10,933 nt of DNA, taken from Candidatus Altiarchaeota archaeon (GTDB taxonomy: Archaea; Altiarchaeota; Altiarchaeia; IMC4; SCGC-AAA252-I15). Location of the stretch: contig JBDRLL010000005.1 of NCBI GenBank assembly GCA_043813075.1, positions 1 through 10,933 of the forward strand, read 5' to 3'. Of the stretch, positions 6,811 to 10,933 are shown piece by piece. Position 1 is the stretch's first letter, and each line of letters starts with the position of its first letter. The notes below the pieces were generated by a model, which was given only the letters and a program-made list of their open reading frames with translations, searched no databases and had not been told where the DNA came from. The position numbers and the translations under genes are program-made.

Positions 6811-8079
6811 ATGAACAAGGGCTTCGTCTTGCTGCTAGTTCTGATACTCCCACAGTACGCGTCAGCTTGGGGTCCCGACACCCACAGGAACATATGCGGG
6901 TCAGTAATATCCGAGACCATGGGCGACAGTGGCGTGGAGTGCCTGCATAAGGCAGGCCTAGGGTACTGCGGTCTTGTCAGGGAGGTTACCGGAGTCCAGG
7001 CCTACGACAAGTGCGTGGAGTTCGTTGGGGAATACGGGAGCATAAACGTCCTGGATATTACCGACGACTTCTTCGGCGAGTTGGAGAACCACAGGGACTA
7101 CTCGAAGTGCCCCATATGGAAGTGGAACGACCATAGGAATTGGATATGCCCGAGCGAGTACGCGCCATCCAGCACTGCGGTGGAGTACGCTGGCAGATGG
7201 TTCCAGAAGTCCGCGGAATCCAAAGACGACTGCCTGAAGGCGCAGGCCTACTGCATGGGGGCCATGTATTACGCGGACGCCAGGTACCCGCTCTACCAGG
7301 TTAGCGAAGAATATCTAGGCGGCTGCAGCGGCATGAGCCTGGCTGATGAGGTTGACATGCTTGTCGGCGGTGATGGCGGGTGGAGTGTGAGCAAGTTCTG
7401 CTCTTTCACACACTGGAAGCAGATAACCGGCAGGAAGATCAGGGAGGACGCGAAGATACTCTTCAAAGTGGATGACAAGACGATAGGCGGGATAATATCA
7501 GAGTTGTCTGGAGACGCGGGACAATGGATTACAGGTTCAACGAGCACTCTCACAACAACGTCCACGGTCAAGACAACGACAACCACGGTCAAAACCACGA
7601 CAACGTCCATAGTCAAGACAACGACAACAACCACCATCAAGACCACGACAACCACCAGCCTTAGGACGACGACCACGCTGGAAGAGTTGGTGGATGCTAT
7701 GATAGACGCGACACATACCACAACGACGATGGGCGGTGCAGCGCAGACGACATTAGAGCCGCCGGCTGATGACGAGTTGGCGTCTTCAACAACAGATGAG
7801 GAAGAGGCAGGGTATGTGCCGAGAGGCCTGTTCCACGTTGATGGGGTAGATACTGTGGTGAAGGGTGACGAGCAGGTTGTTGACGACAGCGACCTGAAGG
7901 ATTTCATAAACACCGTTAGGAGCATTGTGAACAAGACAGGCATAGGCAAGACGCGGGAGGGCAGTGGAAAGACTGCTCTACGCTACTTCACAGGCATGAT
8001 AGTCCTGGTTTCACTGGGATTCACAGTGTACGTCGCAAACAGGGTGTACAACAAGCCCTCGAAAAAAAGGGGGGATTAA
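6811..8079 (+). CDS. Secreted, C-terminally anchored surface protein: P1-nuclease/Zn-phospholipase-C-like head, Thr-rich stalk and TM anchor
   Basis: ATG 6811 gives signal peptide MNKGFVLLLVLILPQYASA followed by WGPDTH (Trp1/His6 signature). Then a Cys-rich domain, poly-Thr, an acidic linker, TM segment YFTGMIVLVSLGFTVYVA and a basic tail. The ORF-track start at 6628 overlaps gatB. Confidence 0.8.
   Translation: MNKGFVLLLVLILPQYASAWGPDTHRNICGSVISETMGDSGVECLHKAGLGYCGLVREVTGVQAYDKCVEFVGEYGSINVLDITDDFFGELENHRDYSKCPIWKWNDHRNWICPSEYAPSSTAVEYAGRWFQKSAESKDDCLKAQAYCMGAMYYADARYPLYQVSEEYLGGCSGMSLADEVDMLVGGDGGWSVSKFCSFTHWKQITGRKIREDAKILFKVDDKTIGGIISELSGDAGQWITGSTSTLTTTSTVKTTTTTVKTTTTSIVKTTTTTTIKTTTTTSLRTTTTLEELVDAMIDATHTTTTMGGAAQTTLEPPADDELASSTTDEEEAGYVPRGLFHVDGVDTVVKGDEQVVDDSDLKDFINTVRSIVNKTGIGKTREGSGKTALRYFTGMIVLVSLGFTVYVANRVYNKPSKKRGD
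7531..7677 (+). repeat. Thr-rich imperfect tandem repeat (V/I/L)(K/R)TTTT(T/S), 21-24-nt units
   Basis: TGSTSTLTTTSTVKTTTTTVKTTTTSIVKTTTTTTIKTTTTTSLRTTTT; the DNA unit gtcaagacaacgacaac recurs. Confidence 0.9.
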
Positions 8080-8117
8080 ACTAGCTTCAGTGGTTATACT
8101 GTTATGAAGGTGCTTTT

Positions 8118-8780
8118 TTGGCTTTAACGTGCGGGATAGACGAGGCAGGGCGGGGGCCGGTGATAGGCCCCATGATTCTGGCGGCAGTAGTAGTCGACGA
8201 GGAGGGTGTGTGTAAGCTCAGGGAGCTTAAAGTCCGCGACTCGAAGAAGATATCCCCCAAGAGGAGGAGTTACCTCGAGCCGCTGGTGAAGGAGATTGCC
8301 TTGGAATACAAGACCATCAGGATAAGCGCTTCAGAGATAGACATGATGCGGAAGAAGATGTCGCTGAACCTGGCTGAGGCGCTGAAGACCGCGGAACTCA
8401 TAATAGGGCTCAATGAGAAGCCGGAGAGGGTTATTGTAGACGCCACAGACAACATCGCCGAAGACTACACCAAACGCATACTCGACTGCATGAACAAGAC
8501 CGACCCATCCTACAAGCCGCCGCACATACACTCGGAGCACAAGGCAGACGACAAGTACGCTGAAGTGTCGGCCGCGTCCATAATAGCGAAAGTCGCGCGC
8601 GACAGGGAGATAGAGTTGCTTCGTGAGAAGCATGGGGACTTCGGTTCCGGATACCCTTCGGACGAGCTGACGCAGAAGTTCCTCAGGAGGATTATCGGCG
8701 ACGGCGAGCTGCCGTCGTTCGTGAGGAGGAGTTGGAGTACGGTAGACAAATCCAGACAATCGATGCTCGGCGACTTCTAA
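8118..8780 (+). CDS. rnhB: Ribonuclease HII
   Basis: GIDEAGRGPVIGPM, VRDSKK, IVDA, HKADD, VSAASIIAKVARD, FGSGYPSD, VRRSWST and a C-terminal PCNA-interacting box QSMLGDF. TTG start preceded by SD-like AAGGTG (8107-8112). Confidence 0.97.
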   Translation: MALTCGIDEAGRGPVIGPMILAAVVVDEEGVCKLRELKVRDSKKISPKRRSYLEPLVKEIALEYKTIRISASEIDMMRKKMSLNLAEALKTAELIIGLNEKPERVIVDATDNIAEDYTKRILDCMNKTDPSYKPPHIHSEHKADDKYAEVSAASIIAKVARDREIELLREKHGDFGSGYPSDELTQKFLRRIIGDGELPSFVRRSWSTVDKSRQSMLGDF

Positions 8781-8804
8781 TAAAAGCAGGCTAGTAAATA
8801 GTCT

Positions 8805-9287
8805 ATGATGGACATACTCGGGAAGGCGATACTCATATCACTTGCGGGACTGGCACTTGTGCTCACATTCACCGTGTTATTCAGCACTGAGGCCATAACA
8901 AGGATGACCAGCCCGTCGGAGACTACTTTAGCTAGGTCCTCTGACAGGGACCTGTATCTTAACGCGACCAGGATGTCTGACATAGGATACTGCGACAGGA
9001 TAGTGTCTGAAGAGTTGAAGCAGCGTTGCAGGGCGACCGTGACTGGAAGCAAGAACCCGTGCTTCCGCCTGGGCAAGCGGGAGGCCATAAGACAGTGCCT
9101 CTCGATATTCTACTATGAGACTGCGACAAAGAATCTTAAGCACCGGACGTGCAGGAAGATAAAGGACTTGAAGCTCCGCGACTCCTGCTACATGAAGATA
9201 GGCGTTGAAGCGAAGTCCGGGAGGATATGCGGCAAGATAAGGGATGCGACAAAGAAGGAGTACTGTAACTCAAGGATACTCCAGTGA
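8805..9287 (+). CDS. Membrane-anchored basic protein with four C-x11-C repeats
   Basis: N-terminal hydrophobic helix, then CDRIVSEELKQRC, CFRLGKREAIRQC, CRKIKDLKLRDSC and CGKIRDATKKEYC, the same repeat type as 3303-4166. Confidence 0.82.
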   Translation: MMDILGKAILISLAGLALVLTFTVLFSTEAITRMTSPSETTLARSSDRDLYLNATRMSDIGYCDRIVSEELKQRCRATVTGSKNPCFRLGKREAIRQCLSIFYYETATKNLKHRTCRKIKDLKLRDSCYMKIGVEAKSGRICGKIRDATKKEYCNSRILQ

Positions 9288-9288
9288 C

Positions 9289-9852
9289 TCATTTATCCGA
9301 GAGCATTAACGCTATCGCGACTGCGGCATCCTCCGCCCGCTGGTAGGAGTCCGCGAAGGAGACGACTATAACATCGCCTTCCGAGAGGCTGACGCCAGCA
9401 AGGTCGAACACTTCCGTGAACCTCTCCAGCTCGTCGCCAGCCGACGGGAACACCAGCCTACCGTCGGAGTAGGAGAGGATGACTGCGCCGTCAGCACCAG
9501 ACTTAACGGCCAGGTCACGCTCAAGAACACCTGAACTCAGCCGGCTGGAGGCGGAATAAACGACGGTCATGGACTTGACACCACCAACTATGGGAAATTC
9601 AATGGGGATGGGGGTGGAGAACCTCTCGAGGTAGCCGTCAACACGACGCCTGCCCTTCCCAGTGAGAGAGTGGCCGGTCATGCTGGAGGACAGGAGACCC
9701 TCTGACGTCAGGCGCTTTATTATGGTCCTAACACTGCCCTCGCCCACGCCGAGGAGTCTGACAAGCTTCTTACGGCCCAGACTCTCTTTATACATCAGCA
9801 GCAGCGTCCTCACAAGGTGTGTTTCAGTGAAACTGGGGTCTGCGCCAACCAT
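9289..9852 (-). CDS. Winged-HTH protein of the DUF4443 (PH0730-like) family, putative regulator
   Basis: P-S-F..H-L-V-R-T-L, LGRKKLVRLLGVGEGSVRTIIKRL, GHSLTGKG, ERDLAVKSGADGA..L.Y.DGRLVFP. ATG 9852 is preferred because the extension to 9918 runs through promoter DNA. Confidence 0.8.
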   Translation of the reverse strand: MVGADPSFTETHLVRTLLLMYKESLGRKKLVRLLGVGEGSVRTIIKRLTSEGLLSSSMTGHSLTGKGRRRVDGYLERFSTPIPIEFPIVGGVKSMTVVYSASSRLSSGVLERDLAVKSGADGAVILSYSDGRLVFPSAGDELERFTEVFDLAGVSLSEGDVIVVSFADSYQRAEDAAVAIALMLSDK

Positions 9853-9873
9853 GCTAGTTATTAACCTAAAGCC

Positions 9874-9892
9874 TGTAAAAAGCGTTTTTAAA
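9874..9892. promoter_or_regulatory. Back-to-back BRE/TATA elements for rpl10e (+) and the wHTH gene (-)
   Basis: TAAAAA-GCG-TTTTTA palindrome. Plus strand reads AAAAAGCG-TTTTTAAA; minus strand reads AAAAACGC-TTTTTACA, ending about 22 nt before ATG 9852. Confidence 0.6.
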
Positions 9893-9944
9893 GGATTAAA
9901 TCGTATACTATGAGACAATCAATATCATACGATAGGTGACTTTT

Positions 9945-10484
9945 ATGGCTGGAATAAGACCTGCTAAGTGTTACAGATGGGATAGCCCCGCTTACACGAG
10001 GGTGTCGAACAACCCCTCGGAGTCCTACATAACGGGGATACCTGCGTCAAAGATAAACAGGTTTGACATGGGCAACCCTATCGGAGATTTCGACACTGAG
10101 ATATCCATAATCTACGACGTGGACACGATGGTAAGGCACAACGCCCTCGAGGCCACGAGAATCATAATACAGAAGGCTATGGAGAAGAAGGTCGGCGTCG
10201 CCAACTACTTCTTCAAGGTCAGGGTATTCCCACATCACGTGATGAGGCAGAACGTGCAGGCAAGCGGCGCCGGAGCCGACCGTGTCTCAGAGGGGATGAG
10301 GAGGGCCTTCGGCAAGCCCATCGGAAGGGCTGCCAGAGTACGCAAGGGCCAGGCGATATACTCCATCTACTTCGACCATAGCGACGTGAAGGTTGACATA
10401 GTCAAGGCCACGCTGAAGAGCGCGATGAAGAAGCTTCCAGGCGACAAGAGCATTGTAGTCAAGACGGTGGAGAAGAATGCCTGA
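9945..10484 (+). CDS. rpl10e: 50S ribosomal protein uL16 (L10e)
   Basis: RPAKCYR, PAYTR, FDMGN, RHNALEATR, RVFPHHVMR, GAGADRVSEGMRRAFGKPIGRAARV and KKLP. SD AGGTGA (9934-9939) supports ATG 9945 rather than GTG 9936. Confidence 0.97.
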   Translation: MAGIRPAKCYRWDSPAYTRVSNNPSESYITGIPASKINRFDMGNPIGDFDTEISIIYDVDTMVRHNALEATRIIIQKAMEKKVGVANYFFKVRVFPHHVMRQNVQASGAGADRVSEGMRRAFGKPIGRAARVRKGQAIYSIYFDHSDVKVDIVKATLKSAMKKLPGDKSIVVKTVEKNA

Positions 10485-10749
10485 CTGGAACGTGGTCGCG
10501 AAACTCAAGGTCATGCCTGAAGGCGTGGACACCGACCTCGAGGCCATACAGAAGAAGATTGTAGACCTGTCCAAGGGCGTTGGGGAAGTCCACAGTTATG
10601 AGATAAAGCCCATCGCATTCGGCCTCAACGCGCTGGAGATAAACCTTTTGCTGAACGACAGGCAGGGCGGCATGGACGAGCTGCAGGAGAAGATAGTCGC
10701 CATCGACGGCGTCAACGAAGCAGAAGTAGTCGACCTGAACAGGCTCTGA
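10477..10749 (+). CDS. ef1b: Translation elongation factor 1-beta (aEF-1B)
   Basis: LKVMPEGVDTDL, PIAFGLNAL, GGMDEL and IDGVNEAEV..L.RL; 90 aa. Confidence 0.95.
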   Translation: MPDWNVVAKLKVMPEGVDTDLEAIQKKIVDLSKGVGEVHSYEIKPIAFGLNALEINLLLNDRQGGMDELQEKIVAIDGVNEAEVVDLNRL

Positions 10750-10793
10750 AATCCCATCGGATACGCTGAACAATACTTTTCCACTGCTCTCTA

Positions 10794-10811
10794 GGGAAAT
10801 CTATTTTTAAA
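10794..10811 (+). promoter_or_regulatory. BRE/TATA promoter for the downstream leader and gene
   Basis: GGGAAAT followed by TTTTTAAA (10804-10811); a start near 10832-10836 would be expected from archaeal spacing. Confidence 0.6.
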
Positions 10812-10850
10812 CAACAACACAGACTATAACCGGAAAAGGTGGGTGGGGTG

Positions 10851-10910
10851 ATGTATAATAAAACCCCAAAAGACTCAGGATCCGCTTGGATTATCTGGGG
10901 CATACCATGA
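10851..10910 (+). CDS. Candidate 19-aa small ORF / leader peptide MYNKTPKDSGSAWIIWGIP
   Basis: ATG 10851 is preceded by SD-like AGGTGGGTGGGGTG (10837-10850). TGA at 10908-10910 overlaps the next SD. Below the ORF-track size cut-off. Confidence 0.45.
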   Translation: MYNKTPKDSGSAWIIWGIP

Positions 10911-10922
10911 GGTGAGGAAAAA

Positions 10923-10933
10923 ATGAAAACAGC
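10923..10933 (+). CDS. Start of the next gene (MKTA...), truncated by the window edge
   Basis: Strong archaeal SD GAGGTGA (10909-10915), 7 nt before ATG 10923. Confidence 0.65.

Noticed and set aside
7552-7660. Possible CRISPR array or DNA-level satellite
   Set aside because: Units are imperfect, in-frame and have no spacers; it is a coding low-complexity repeat.
7293-7949. 218-aa Val-rich antisense ORF
   Set aside because: Mirror of the ACN (Thr) repeats on the coding strand.
10838-10900. G-runs as a possible G-quadruplex
   Set aside because: Too few closely spaced G3+ tracts; better explained by SD-like sequence and Watson-Crick pairing.
10712-10903. 63-aa minus-strand ORF over the right-hand spacer
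   Set aside because: Crosses the plus-strand TATA box, overlaps ef1b and has no SD; plus-strand signals are more coherent.
1-10933. Treating all envelope genes as one operon or system
   Set aside because: They lie on different strands and in different transcription units, interleaved with housekeeping genes; only co-location links them.

Overview
Compact archaeal chromosomal segment with no RNA genes, CRISPR array or mobile element visible. The combination of archaeal-type housekeeping genes, Cys-repeat and Thr-stalk surface proteins suggests a DPANN/Altiarchaeota-like lineage (inference only). Translation and informational genes (standalone bud32, UPF0147-tyrS, gatB, rnhB, rpl10e-EF-1beta, a DUF4443-like wHTH protein, a short Hsp20) alternate with uncharacterised envelope genes. 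These are two proteins sharing a ~26-aa C-x11-C repeat, a DUF2085 membrane protein with an apparently split PepSY-like ectodomain, and a membrane-anchored P1-nuclease/phospholipase-C-like protein with apparently degenerate zinc ligands on a Thr-rich stalk. The most intriguing signal outside the ORF track is at the right edge: a TATA box, then an SD-preceded 19-aa ORF (MYNKTPKDSGSAWIIWGIP-stop) with alternative hairpins, whose stop overlaps the SD of the next gene. It is a candidate archaeal leader/arrest peptide or peptide precursor. Also notable are three identical AAGAATGNNTRA coupled gene junctions, convergent genes abutting with 0-1 nt gaps, and palindrome-rich divergent promoters. All family assignments are from motif recognition by eye; no searches were run.
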